From contig OZ245046.1 in NCBI GenBank assembly GCA_965224245.1, forward strand, positions 4,192,001 through 4,256,000: DNA of 64,000 bases. Reading direction: 5' to 3'. Of this stretch, positions 28,590 to 38,294 are shown piece after piece (position 1 is the stretch's first letter; each line of letters opens with the position of its first letter). Origin of the DNA: Candidatus Eiseniibacteriota bacterium (lineage in GTDB: Bacteria > Eisenbacteria > RBG-16-71-46 > CAZAMP01). Below the pieces are notes generated by a model that was not told where the DNA came from, ran no database searches, and was given only the letters and a program-made list of their open reading frames with translations. The translations under genes were made by a program, and so were the position numbers.

Positions 28590-30284
28590 ATGGCCCATAC
28601 CCTCACTGGCACCGTCCAGGGACAGCGCGTCCGGCACACCGTCAACGACGAGCCGATCACCATCGGCCGCTCCGGCACCTGCACGATCAACGTGCCCGCG
28701 CTCTCGGTCTCGCGCGAGCACGCCCGGGTCAGCCTCGTCGACGATCGCGTCACGGTCGAGGACCTCGGCTCGCGCAACGGCACCTGGGTCAACGGCAATC
28801 GCATCGCCGGCCGGACCACGCTGAACGCGGCCGATACCATCGAGATCGGCGGCGTGGTGTTCGAGCTGGAGTCCGATGATGCGGCCCCGAAGACGATCTT
28901 CGCCCAGGAGACCGAGATGGGCACCAGCTCAACGGTCAACTGGAAGGAGATCTACGGCGGCATCTCCACGGGCACCGGCACCGCCGCGGCCTACCGGAAG
29001 CTGAACCTCTTCCAGGTGCTGGCCGAGGCCGGAGAGCTGCTGACCTCGCAGCGCCCGCTAGAGGAGCTCTTCGAGGTGACCCTGGACCTCGTCGAGAAGG
29101 GCGTCTCGGCCGAGCGGACGGTGCTCCTCCTCATCGAGGAGGGCGGATCCGAGCCGGTCGTGAAGGCGCACCGGACCAGGCAGGGCCAGACGACCGATCA
29201 GATCATGCTCAGCAAGACGATGGTCGAGAAGGTCGTCACCGAGCGGTCGTCCATCCTGACCCACGACGCGAAGGCCGACCCGCGGTTCGAGAAGCAGCAG
29301 TCGATCATCCTCCAGGGCACGCGCTCGGCCATGGCGGCGCCGCTGTTCGACAACGAGAACGTGGTCGGCGTGCTCTATGCCGATACCACCGACGTGACGA
29401 TGCGCTACTCCAAGGACGAGCTCCGCACGTTCACGATTCTCGCGAACCTCGTGGGCGTGAAGATCACCCAGGCGCGCGCGGCCGCCGCCCACGAGGCCAA
29501 CCGGCGCATGGAGCAGGAGCTGGCCACCGCGAAAGGGATCCTGGAGAGCATCCTGCCCGACCGGCTCGACGGCGCGGAGGGATACGAGTTCCACCACTTC
29601 CAGGAACCGTGTCTGACCGTGGGCGGCGATCTCTACGACGCCCGGAAGCTCCCCGACGGGCGCATCGCGATCGTCATGGGTGACGTCACCGGGAAGGGCC
29701 TCGGCGCGGCGCTCCTGGTCTCGAACATCATGGCCAGCCTGACGCTCCTCATCGAGGACGTCGACGATCCCGTGGACCTGGTCACACGGCTCAACCGGCA
29801 GGTGTACCGGTGCACCGACATGGTGCACTCCGCGACGTTCTTCTTCGGCGTCCTCGATCCCGCCACCGGCTCGATCTCGTACGTCAACGCCGGACACAAC
29901 CCACCGCTCCTCGTGGACCCCTCGGGCGCGATCCGCGAGATCGAGTCCACGGGCGTGCCGGTCGGCATGTTCGAGGACATGCCCTACGAGCGCGGCACGG
30001 TGGAGCTCACGCACGGCGCGTTCCTGACGCTTTACTCAGACGGCATTCCGGACGCCGAGGCGCCCGACGGCGCCGACTACGGGATGGAGCGGCTGGAGAC
30101 GGTCCTCCGGACCGAGCGCGAGAAGCCGGCGCGCGACATCGTCGGGGCGATGCACCGCGACGTGAAGACGTTCCTGCAGCACAACCTGCCGAACGACGAC
30201 GTGACGATCCTGCTCGTGCGGCGGCTACCGCCGAGCCAGGCGAGTGGTGCGGACGAGGTCACGCATCGTAGCGTCGGGGTTTGA
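28590..30284 (+). CDS. FHA-GAF-PP2C (SpoIIE/RsbU-like) protein phosphatase
   Basis: FHA GRS...VSREHA...DLGSRNGTWVNG; GAF RSAMAAPL..VVGVLYAD; PP2C GGDLYD, DVTGKG, NAGHNPP, YSDGI, DDVT. Confidence 0.92.
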   Translation: MAHTLTGTVQGQRVRHTVNDEPITIGRSGTCTINVPALSVSREHARVSLVDDRVTVEDLGSRNGTWVNGNRIAGRTTLNAADTIEIGGVVFELESDDAAPKTIFAQETEMGTSSTVNWKEIYGGISTGTGTAAAYRKLNLFQVLAEAGELLTSQRPLEELFEVTLDLVEKGVSAERTVLLLIEEGGSEPVVKAHRTRQGQTTDQIMLSKTMVEKVVTERSSILTHDAKADPRFEKQQSIILQGTRSAMAAPLFDNENVVGVLYADTTDVTMRYSKDELRTFTILANLVGVKITQARAAAAHEANRRMEQELATAKGILESILPDRLDGAEGYEFHHFQEPCLTVGGDLYDARKLPDGRIAIVMGDVTGKGLGAALLVSNIMASLTLLIEDVDDPVDLVTRLNRQVYRCTDMVHSATFFFGVLDPATGSISYVNAGHNPPLLVDPSGAIREIESTGVPVGMFEDMPYERGTVELTHGAFLTLYSDGIPDAEAPDGADYGMERLETVLRTEREKPARDIVGAMHRDVKTFLQHNLPNDDVTILLVRRLPPSQASGADEVTHRSVGV

Positions 30285-30611
30285 GGGCCGCGCGCTTTTC
30301 ACCGTCCACCAGCTTCGACTCTCTCGCGAAACTTCGGACGTGGACGGAGCTTCTCGGCCGCGAGTTCCGGACCGGTCTCCGGATTCTGACGACCCCGTGC
30401 GGGATGACCAACCGAGGGCGCAGAGTGGAGAGGATCGGATACGGATTCGCGAGGGCAAACGAATGCGGTGCTCCTCAGAACCAGCGCCGGGGGGAACCCA
30501 CGAAAGTAGCGAGGTCGCACCGCATTCGAGATCAATCTGTCGTCGAGCCAACGTCCGGCGGGCATCGCTCGCCGGACGCGTGCCCGGACACCGTCGCCGG
30601 GTCCGGTACCG

Positions 30612-31253
30612 TCACAACGTGAACACGAACTCCAGTCGCGCCCGGCACGTCACGGGGCGATGCCCCTGACGCGCCGGTCGAAACGTCCATCGCCGCGCCG
30701 CGTCGAGTGCCGCGTCCTCGAGCACGCCGATCGTGTCCGAGGACGAGATCTCCGCCGCGATCACGCGTCCCTTGCGATCGATCGTCACCTCCACGATCAC
30801 CGTCCCCGTCGCCTCCGCGCGCCGCGCCATCTCGGGATACGCCGGCTCCACGTGCGAGAGCACCGCCGGCGGATCGCTCGGGCCGTTCTGCCAGGGCCCG
30901 AGCCCGGCGTCGTCACCGCCGAGCGTGCGAGAGTCCAGCCCCGGCGGCTCCGGCGGCTCCGGCGGATCGGGCGGGTCGGGCGCCTCGGGGTCTTCGACCG
31001 GATCCATCGGCAAGAGGACGTCGGCGTCCGGCTCCCGGACCTCGGGACGGATGACGACCTTCTCCTCCGGCAAGCGGTAGTCCACCGCACGCGTCGGCGG
31101 CTTCGCCGGGATCAGCGACGCCTCGGCGCGATTGCCCGCGCCCGTGAAGATCGGCGGGCCGAAGAAGATCACGACGACGTGAACCGACAGCGCCGCCATC
31201 AGGGCGTGTATCCCTCGCTTCGCTACGGTGCGGCGGTCGGCGATTACCTTCAC
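30612..31253 (-). CDS. tonB: Energy transducer TonB
   Basis: N-terminal TM with SxxxH (LSVHV); Pro-rich linker; YPEMARRA..TGTV.V...IDRKG...W.FRPA C-terminal domain. Confidence 0.85.
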   Translation of the reverse strand: MKVIADRRTVAKRGIHALMAALSVHVVVIFFGPPIFTGAGNRAEASLIPAKPPTRAVDYRLPEEKVVIRPEVREPDADVLLPMDPVEDPEAPDPPDPPEPPEPPGLDSRTLGGDDAGLGPWQNGPSDPPAVLSHVEPAYPEMARRAEATGTVIVEVTIDRKGRVIAAEISSSDTIGVLEDAALDAARRWTFRPARQGHRPVTCRARLEFVFTL

Positions 31254-31593
31254 GGGAGTCTCCGTACGTGTCTGGCGGTAACCGGGGGACCTCGGGCGCG
31301 CGACGCCGCCGGTCCAACGTCACACACGTGACAATGCACCCGGAGTGCCAGAACCGAGCGATGGCGTAACTCGTTCTCTCGACGGTCCGCATGTCGCCAC
31401 CGGCGCCGCGACGGGACGGCGCGGTGTGGGTACCGCGGGACCCACTCCGTCACCGGGAGGGCAGACAATCGACTCGATGACAAGGAGTTGGTGGATGGGA
31501 CGTTCGTACCCACCGCGAGCGGGAACCGTGGGACGGTGGAGGACGAGGCGAGCGGTGGTGCGCGGGCGGACCCGGAGGTCCGCCCGCACGCGA

Positions 31594-33045
31594 TCACGGC
31601 AGAACGGCCGCGGTGCGCGTGACCACGCGCCCCCCCACGTCGAGCTTCACGACGTACACGCCAGCGGCCACGCGCCGGTGGCGATCGTCGCGTCCGTTCC
31701 ACACGACGCGATGCGTGCCGCCGGGGCGGACACCGTCGAGGATCGACGCCACGCGGCGCCCGCCGGCCTCGTACACGCTCACGCGCACATGCTCGTCGGA
31801 CTCGAGCGTGAACGACACGGTGGTGCGCGCGCGGAGCGGGTTCGGTCCCAGATCCAGCGCGAACGGAAGCGGCGTTGCACCCGGGTGCACGGCGACCACG
31901 TCGTCGATCCGGATCCGATAGAGCCCGCCGGTCGCGCCCGAGCCGTCGCTCGCCGACGCCCACAGCCACTCGGGCGCCAGGGGATGGATCGTCAGGTCCA
32001 GCGTGTGGAGGTACGGCATGCCGTCGGTGGTCACCGGCGTGAACGTCGCGCCGCGGTCGTCGCTCCGGTACACGCCGTCGCTGGCGCCGGCGAACACGAC
32101 GTCCGTATCGAACGGGCTGTGGACGAGCGAGAACACCGTGCCCCCGATCCCGCTCCCCCACGCCGACCACGGCGTCTCCGGTGACGTCTGCCGGAAGACG
32201 CCGCCGTCCACCGCGCCGATCACCTGACCGGCGATCTCGGGATCCGCGGCGATGGTGCGAAGGTTGAGATCGGGCAGGCCGGGGTTGTTCCAGTTCATCG
32301 TGCCCCCGAGGTCCGGGGTGTAGAAGCAGCGGAACGTGTTCCCGCCGTACAGCACCGGCGGCTCGTCGACGTCGAACGCGAGACCGAGCGTGGACTCGCC
32401 CGCGACGCCGCGGAAGCCCGCGGCGCCGACCGTCCAGCTCGACGTATCCCAGTCGAAGATCCAGAACGTGCCCCCCTCGAACGGGAGGCCGAGCTCGGAC
32501 ACGACCGCGCCCGAGCCGTCGGGGATCGCGATGACGTCCCATCCCACGCCGGGACAGTTGTTGATGTCGTTGTCGTCGTCGCGCTCCCAGGAGGCGCCGC
32601 CGCTGTACGTGAGGTACGTGCCCGACATCGTGATCGCGATGCCGCGGCTGGGATCGGTGGGCGAGAACTCGGTGTCCACGACGAGGATCGTGGCCACGCC
32701 GTCGCCCTCGTAGAAGTCGCTGAACTCCTGGATCCAGCTCGCGCCGCCGTCGTTGGTCCGCCAGAGCGCCTCGCCGTACGAGCCGAGGAACAGACGGTCG
32801 GGATCGGTGGGGTCGTAGCCGAGACGCATCGGGGCGGCGGTCATCGCGGCCGGCGTCATGTCCTCCCAGGCGGCGTTCGCCGGCGTGGCCAGGCCGAGCG
32901 TGGCCGCGGCCAGCGACGCCAGGACGAGCGATGCGGGGGCCAGCGGTGCCAGGACCCGCGCGGTGAGGAGCGGTGCGAGATCGAGCGTTGCCGGGGCGTG
33001 CGCGTGCGCGTGCCGCGCGGTCGGGGCGTGCGATCGGGACCTCAT
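31594..33045 (-). CDS. Secreted BNR/Asp-box beta-propeller protein with FlgD-Ig/CTD tail
   Basis: GAAAGGAG RBS; signal ending ANA; Asp-boxes RTNDGGASW, TYSGGASW, TPDLGGT, RSDDRGATF; tail GPNPLR...YEAGGRRV...WNGRDD...AAGVYVV. Confidence 0.85.
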   Translation of the reverse strand: MRSRSHAPTARHAHAHAPATLDLAPLLTARVLAPLAPASLVLASLAAATLGLATPANAAWEDMTPAAMTAAPMRLGYDPTDPDRLFLGSYGEALWRTNDGGASWIQEFSDFYEGDGVATILVVDTEFSPTDPSRGIAITMSGTYLTYSGGASWERDDDNDINNCPGVGWDVIAIPDGSGAVVSELGLPFEGGTFWIFDWDTSSWTVGAAGFRGVAGESTLGLAFDVDEPPVLYGGNTFRCFYTPDLGGTMNWNNPGLPDLNLRTIAADPEIAGQVIGAVDGGVFRQTSPETPWSAWGSGIGGTVFSLVHSPFDTDVVFAGASDGVYRSDDRGATFTPVTTDGMPYLHTLDLTIHPLAPEWLWASASDGSGATGGLYRIRIDDVVAVHPGATPLPFALDLGPNPLRARTTVSFTLESDEHVRVSVYEAGGRRVASILDGVRPGGTHRVVWNGRDDRHRRVAAGVYVVKLDVGGRVVTRTAAVLP

Positions 33046-33061
33046 GCGGCTCTCCTTTCGG

Positions 33062-34531
33062 CTAGGCGTACGTACCTCCGGCATCGACGAGCTCGTGACC
33101 GTCGAGCGTGATGCAGCACACGTCCGCCTGCAGGTTCCACGAGAAGTTCGAGACGTTCGATCCGTCGACGTAGTCGTTCCGGCCGATGCCGATCGTGGCG
33201 CGGCCGCGCGCCTTCTGGTCCCACGCGGCATGTCCGACCGGCGCGCCGATGCGGGGGTTCATGCCCAGCTCGAGCACGCCGAGCGCGTCGTGATCCCCAT
33301 CCCCGATCTCGAGCAGGCGATGGAGGAGATCCTCGTTCTCCTCGGCGGTCGCCGACTCGACCACCCCATCACGGAAGCGCAGGCGAACGCCCCGGATCGG
33401 CGTGCCCAGGCACTCGGTGACGTCGCAGTGGAGCGTGCCCTGGGCGCTGCCACCGACCACTCGCGTCAGGAGCTTGCCCGCGGGGAGGTGGTTGATGCCG
33501 CGCCGCTCGGCAACCTCGGCGTCGGAGATGATGCCGTCGTCCACGCGCACGGCCCCGCCGTCGAGCGTGAACCGGAGATCGGTGCCCTCGGCCGAGCGCA
33601 GGTGCACCTCGCGCGCGCTCCGGATGCGCGTGGCGGCGTCGCGGCACACGGCCTCGAGCTCGGTGTAGTCGACGTCGAGGGCCAGCCAGAACGCGTCGTG
33701 CAGGTCCCGGAAGTCGATGCCGAGCTGCTCGGCCCGCGCCTCGGTGGGATACGCGAGGTGGATCGTCCGCACGCCCGCGCGCATGAAGTGCGAGAGGAGT
33801 CGGTGGTCGCCGGGGACGCTCACGTGCGACTGCTCGAGCGCTCGCCGCGCGAGCGCGTCCACCGAGCGGGCTCGTGCCGCGGCGTCGGCGTCGGCGGACA
33901 GCGACAGCCCCGCGACGGGACCGCCCTGCGGCTCCTCGAACAGGATCGCCGCGTGCGCGTCGCCGGTGAAGCGGGTCAGGAAGTCCGACGGCGCGCGACC
34001 GCGGTAGGTCAGGATGCCGTGTGCGCCGGCGTCGTCGATCGCCTGGTGCAGCGTGACCATGATGTCGCGGAACGCGGGTGATCCGTGAATCAGGAGCACG
34101 TCGCCGGGGCTCGTCAGGAGACAGTCGCGAACGATGCATCCGGCCACGCGCCGCACGTCGACGTCGAGCACCGCCGCGCGCCGCCAGTCGAGGACGCGCG
34201 CCGAGAGCGCGGTGCGAAGGTCTCCGCCGAGGTCCCCGTACTCGCCGATGCCGTCGGCCACGCAGACGTTGCGCGCGACGGGTCGGTAGTACTTCTCGAC
34301 CACGCCGCCCCGCTCGACCCGCGACGCGATCTCGATCAGGCCCGCCTTCTCCAGGGCCTTCACGTGATAGTGCACGCGGCCAGGCGTGCCCCCGAGGGCC
34401 TCCGCGAGCTGACGGGCGGTCCGCGCCTCCTCGACCAGAAGCTCGACGATGCGCCGTCGCTCCGGGTGGGCCAGGGCCTGCCGCGCCCGGGGTTCGGTCA
34501 CGAGATGGATGTCGGGGGACCGGCTCGACAT
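33062..34531 (-). CDS. Winged-HTH (ArsR/HTH_20-like) regulator fused to degenerate M29 aminopeptidase-like domain
   Basis: ALAHPERRRIVELL...QLAEALG...VHYHVKALEKAGLI...EKYY; then GTDLRF, DDGII, NHLPAGK, LRFRDGVV, LELGMNP, ITLDGHELVDAG. Confidence 0.8.
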   Translation of the reverse strand: MSSRSPDIHLVTEPRARQALAHPERRRIVELLVEEARTARQLAEALGGTPGRVHYHVKALEKAGLIEIASRVERGGVVEKYYRPVARNVCVADGIGEYGDLGGDLRTALSARVLDWRRAAVLDVDVRRVAGCIVRDCLLTSPGDVLLIHGSPAFRDIMVTLHQAIDDAGAHGILTYRGRAPSDFLTRFTGDAHAAILFEEPQGGPVAGLSLSADADAAARARSVDALARRALEQSHVSVPGDHRLLSHFMRAGVRTIHLAYPTEARAEQLGIDFRDLHDAFWLALDVDYTELEAVCRDAATRIRSAREVHLRSAEGTDLRFTLDGGAVRVDDGIISDAEVAERRGINHLPAGKLLTRVVGGSAQGTLHCDVTECLGTPIRGVRLRFRDGVVESATAEENEDLLHRLLEIGDGDHDALGVLELGMNPRIGAPVGHAAWDQKARGRATIGIGRNDYVDGSNVSNFSWNLQADVCCITLDGHELVDAGGTYA

Positions 34532-34580
34532 GGGACCCATTCGATGAAGATGGATCGATCTGGATTGTTAGATCATTGAC

Positions 34581-34610
34581 AGCATAGCTGCTCCACCCTG
34601 ATCCGGGCAA
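34581..34610 (-). promoter_or_regulatory. Putative sigma70 promoter of the HTH-aminopeptidase gene
   Basis: Minus strand TTGCCC-18 nt-TATGCT, about 50 nt upstream of ATG 34531, in an AT-richer patch. Confidence 0.5.
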
Positions 34611-34920
34611 GGGGTTTCATGCCGAGCGGGCGCCGGGGAGCCCGGCGGCTCCGATCCGCCTCTCGGCGGATCCATCGGACGCCACCGGCCGATCCAGATC
34701 AGCGAGGGCGGTCGCCCCCGGCGGTTGCACGGGTACAGTCGTGAGGACGGCGACGTCCCCCTGGCGGTCGTCTCGCCGCGCCGCGGGGCCGCCAGGCCGG
34801 CACGCGAATGGCCACGATCGCCGAGGTCCGTGTTCGAGCCGCCCTCACCGCAGCCGGTGAGCGTGAACGGCGCGAGCGTGAACGCGTCGGCGAGATGGAT
34901 CGGCAGAGAAGGGTTGTCGC

Positions 34921-36114
34921 TCAGGGCACGGCAGTCGCCGGCACCGCCGCGCCCGGCACGACGTCGAGATAAACCGACTCGATCATGTCGGCCACCTTCG
35001 TCCACGCGTACCCAGAGACCGTGTTGCGTCCCTCGACGACCAGGGCGCGGGCCAGCTCGGGCTGATCGAGCACGCGCTCGACCGCGTCGGCCAGTCGCTC
35101 GGGATTCTCGGGCGGGAAGAGAATGGCGTCCTTCCCCTCGTTGACCACGTTGCGAAAGCCCGTGATGTCGCTGGCCACGATCGGAAGCCCGGACGCCATC
35201 GCCTCGAGAAGAATGATCCCGAACGACTCGAAGCCGATCGACGGTGCGACGAACACGTCGGCGATCTCGTAGCACGCCGCGAGCGCCTTGCCCCTACGGT
35301 GCCCCAGGAAGTGGACGTCCTGGATGTTCTCCTTGCGGTAGCGCCGCTCGAGCGGGCCGTCGCCCACCGCCAGGAGTCGCACGTCGCCGCGGCGCTGGGA
35401 CAGGATCCGGAACGCGTCCAGGAGGATCCCGAATCCCTTCTTCTTCACGAACTGCCCGACGTACAGGATGTTCTTCTTGTGCGCGCCGAAGCGGCCGGCC
35501 AGCGCGCTGCCGTTGGGCTGGAAGCGCTCGATGTTCACGCCGTTCGGCACGACGCGATACTCGAGCTCGCCGAAGTACTTCTCGAACGCGTCGCGCGCGC
35601 ACGGCGACACGGCCACGCGTGCGGCCAGCTTCTCCATGCGCGCCCGGAGCGGTCGCTGGAACAGCCGCAAGAGCCGGTTGTCGTTCTGATGATACGCGTG
35701 GAGCGTCCCCACGACCGGACAGCGGGCCATCGACAGCGCCATCAGCGGGAGCCGCGGCGCCAGGGGATCGTGCACGTGCAGCACGTCGAACCGCTCGCGC
35801 TCGAGCACGCGGCGCAGCCGGGGACCCAGCCGTCCGATCGTCACCGCGGTCACGCCGCCGTTGTACGGGAACGCGACGCTGCGGCCGAACCGGATCACCT
35901 TGCTCTCGTCGGGCGCCGGCCCCGCGAGGTGGCTGTGCCCGACGGCGAGGTGCGGGATGCGCGCCTGCATCCGCGCGAGCCGGTTGTCGAAGCGACCGGT
36001 CAGGATGCGCACGTCGTGTCCGCGCGCCCGGAGCTCACGGGCCAGGTTGTAGATGTGCTCGGAGATCCCGCCCGGCCACGGGTAGTAGAACTCGGAGACG
36101 ATCCCGATCTTCAT
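34921..36114 (-). CDS. GT4 glycosyltransferase, PimA-like
   Basis: PWPGGISEH, PYNGG, FDVLHVHDP, VGTLH, RVAVS, VPNGV, APSIGFESFGIILLEAMASG.PIVASDI. Confidence 0.88.
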   Translation of the reverse strand: MKIGIVSEFYYPWPGGISEHIYNLARELRARGHDVRILTGRFDNRLARMQARIPHLAVGHSHLAGPAPDESKVIRFGRSVAFPYNGGVTAVTIGRLGPRLRRVLERERFDVLHVHDPLAPRLPLMALSMARCPVVGTLHAYHQNDNRLLRLFQRPLRARMEKLAARVAVSPCARDAFEKYFGELEYRVVPNGVNIERFQPNGSALAGRFGAHKKNILYVGQFVKKKGFGILLDAFRILSQRRGDVRLLAVGDGPLERRYRKENIQDVHFLGHRRGKALAACYEIADVFVAPSIGFESFGIILLEAMASGLPIVASDITGFRNVVNEGKDAILFPPENPERLADAVERVLDQPELARALVVEGRNTVSGYAWTKVADMIESVYLDVVPGAAVPATAVP

Positions 36115-36133
36115 CGATTGCCTTCGTCCGGCG

Positions 36134-38275
36134 CTAGCGAGCCTCGCGCCCCAGGACGAGCCATTGCTCGGGTACCTCCTGGAGCCAGCGGTGGAGCTCG
36201 CCGGCAAACGTGGTCGCCATCAGTGCGATCGCGGCGTCCCGATCCGCCCGGGCGCTCGCGGGTGGCCGGGGGATCGGGGGCGAAACTCGCAAACCATAGC
36301 CGTTCGGCGTGCGCAGGACCACCATGGGAAGCACGACCGCGCCGGTGTCGATCGCGAGACGGTAAGGCCCTATCGGAACACGATTTACCCCCCAGGAGCC
36401 CGACACCTCGACGGTCGCGCCGTCCCGGGCGCGGTCGGCGGCCATGGCCACCGCCCCCCTCTCCCGGAGCGTCCGGAGCGCCGATCGGGCTCCCGCGCGG
36501 CCGGTCACGATCGGGATCCCGGCGCGGCGCCGGAGCTCGACGTAGTGTTCGAAGAGCTCGGGGGGACGGATCCGTTCGGCGAAGACGACGAGCCGCGGCC
36601 CGGATCCGCGTTCGGACCACCGGCGAACCCCGACCGCGCCCAGGAGATCCCAGTTGCCGACATGCGCGGTCACGATGACGATCGGCCGGTCCGCGTCGCG
36701 GGCCGCGTCCACGTGCTCCCAGCCGTCGATCGCGGTGCGGCTCACGAGCTCGTCCAGCCGTCCCGCGTCGATCGCGGCCGTCTCGACGTGCGTGCGCGCG
36801 TACGAGCCGAGCACGTGGGCGAGCGGCGCCTGGATCCCCCACGCGCGCTGGTTCTCGCGGAGCGAGCGCGCGGCGCCGGGATGAAGCACGGTGGTGCGGC
36901 GGCCGATCCGCTCGGCGATGGCCAGCGCGCGGTCGAGCGACATCACGCGCAGCGGGGGGCGCAGGAGGCGACCGAGCAACAGGATCGCGCGAGGACCCAG
37001 CTCACCTCGCCGCCGCCACTCTCCGATCACCACCGCGATGCCGGCGGCGCACGCGATGCCCCCGAGGACGGCCGCGATCGCGCGAACCGATTCCGGTGCG
37101 AGATCCGTGAACGAGGCCGCCGACGCCAGCGCGAGACCGATCAGGAACGCGGCTCGCTCGCCGGTCTCGCGAACGGCCAGCCACCGGCCGAGCACGCCGG
37201 GCGACGCCTGCCGCTGCAGCGTCGTCTCGCTTCCGATCAGCACCGTCGCGGCCGCGATGCCCGCGAGCGCCGCCAGGGCCACCAGCACGGGTCGGGCTGC
37301 GTCGAACGTCAGCGATCCGGTCACGACGCACGCGATGGCGGCCGCGAGCACCAGCCGCAGCGGGCCGCCGGTCCGCGCGGCCGCCGGTCGTCCGGACACG
37401 ACCGCGCCCACGATCGCGCCGGCCGCGAGCGCGCTCATGATCCAGCCCGCGACCGCCGGCGCCTGCGCGCCATGGATCCGGGGCAGCTCGTCGAGCACGA
37501 TCGGCACCAGCACGCCGGCCAGGAATCCCGCGATCGCCGGCGACAGCGCCACCACGGCGAGGTCCGCGCGGGCACGCGCTTCCTCGAGGAGGTCGCGCCA
37601 GCGTGAGCCGACCCCCGGGGCCGCGGGCGCGGACGCACCGGACGCGGCTCCGCTGGACGCGCTCGCCGTCACGGCCGGTAGCCCGAGGACGATCGCGGCC
37701 GACGCGAGGTACGTCGCCGCGTCCACGACGAACGCGAGCTTCCAGCCGAGCCACACCACGAGCCCGCCCGCCACCGCCGCGCCGACGACCTCGGCCCCGC
37801 GATCCACGCCCAGGAGCCACGCGTTGGCCCGTGCGAGCCGGGCGCGGGGCACCCATTCGGGCATCAGCCGGCCGCGCGCGACCCGGAACGCGCGGTTGAG
37901 ACCGAGCACGAGCGGCAGGAGCGCGTAGATCGGACGCGGCGAGTCGAAGATCGAGGCCAGGAGCGGAAACGCCAGCACCAGCGCCGCGCGCCCCAGGTCG
38001 CTCGCCACCAGGAGCCACCGCCCCGGATGACGATCGGCCACCGCGCCCGCCGCGAGCCCGATCAGGATGGATGGGACGGCGGCGATCGCGAGGAGCACGA
38101 GCAGCTCCCGCGCCGGCGCCGCCTCCCCCGACCAGAGCACGGCGGCGATCGCGATGCGACTCACCTGATCGCCGAGCTGCGAGAACGCCTGTGCCGCGCA
38201 GAGTCGCGTGAGAGCGCCGGGGTGATCGGCCCGGGGTCGGGGGACGCCACTGGTGCGCGGATCGGCGATCGTCAT
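36134..38275 (-). CDS. MFS transporter fused to lysophospholipid (HtrB/PatA-like) acyltransferase
   Basis: MFS: AQAFSQLGD, AGAVADRHPGRWLLVASDLGRA, LARANA, FVVDAATY; acyltransferase: IDGWEHV, TAHVGNWD, AMAADR, PEQW; one continuous frame. Confidence 0.82.
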   Translation of the reverse strand: MTIADPRTSGVPRPRADHPGALTRLCAAQAFSQLGDQVSRIAIAAVLWSGEAAPARELLVLLAIAAVPSILIGLAAGAVADRHPGRWLLVASDLGRAALVLAFPLLASIFDSPRPIYALLPLVLGLNRAFRVARGRLMPEWVPRARLARANAWLLGVDRGAEVVGAAVAGGLVVWLGWKLAFVVDAATYLASAAIVLGLPAVTASASSGAASGASAPAAPGVGSRWRDLLEEARARADLAVVALSPAIAGFLAGVLVPIVLDELPRIHGAQAPAVAGWIMSALAAGAIVGAVVSGRPAAARTGGPLRLVLAAAIACVVTGSLTFDAARPVLVALAALAGIAAATVLIGSETTLQRQASPGVLGRWLAVRETGERAAFLIGLALASAASFTDLAPESVRAIAAVLGGIACAAGIAVVIGEWRRRGELGPRAILLLGRLLRPPLRVMSLDRALAIAERIGRRTTVLHPGAARSLRENQRAWGIQAPLAHVLGSYARTHVETAAIDAGRLDELVSRTAIDGWEHVDAARDADRPIVIVTAHVGNWDLLGAVGVRRWSERGSGPRLVVFAERIRPPELFEHYVELRRRAGIPIVTGRAGARSALRTLRERGAVAMAADRARDGATVEVSGSWGVNRVPIGPYRLAIDTGAVVLPMVVLRTPNGYGLRVSPPIPRPPASARADRDAAIALMATTFAGELHRWLQEVPEQWLVLGREAR

Positions 38276-38294
38276 CGTGTCTTCAAGAGCGCGT

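Noticed and set aside
30452-30535. AGGGCAAAC plus stem resembling a c-di-GMP-I riboswitch
   Set aside because: The downstream GACGCAAAGC/P3 elements are missing and there is no co-oriented downstream gene
34620-34920. Possible small lipoprotein remnant (FTLTGCG) on the minus strand
   Set aside because: No start codon or RBS and coding signal switches frames; insufficient support
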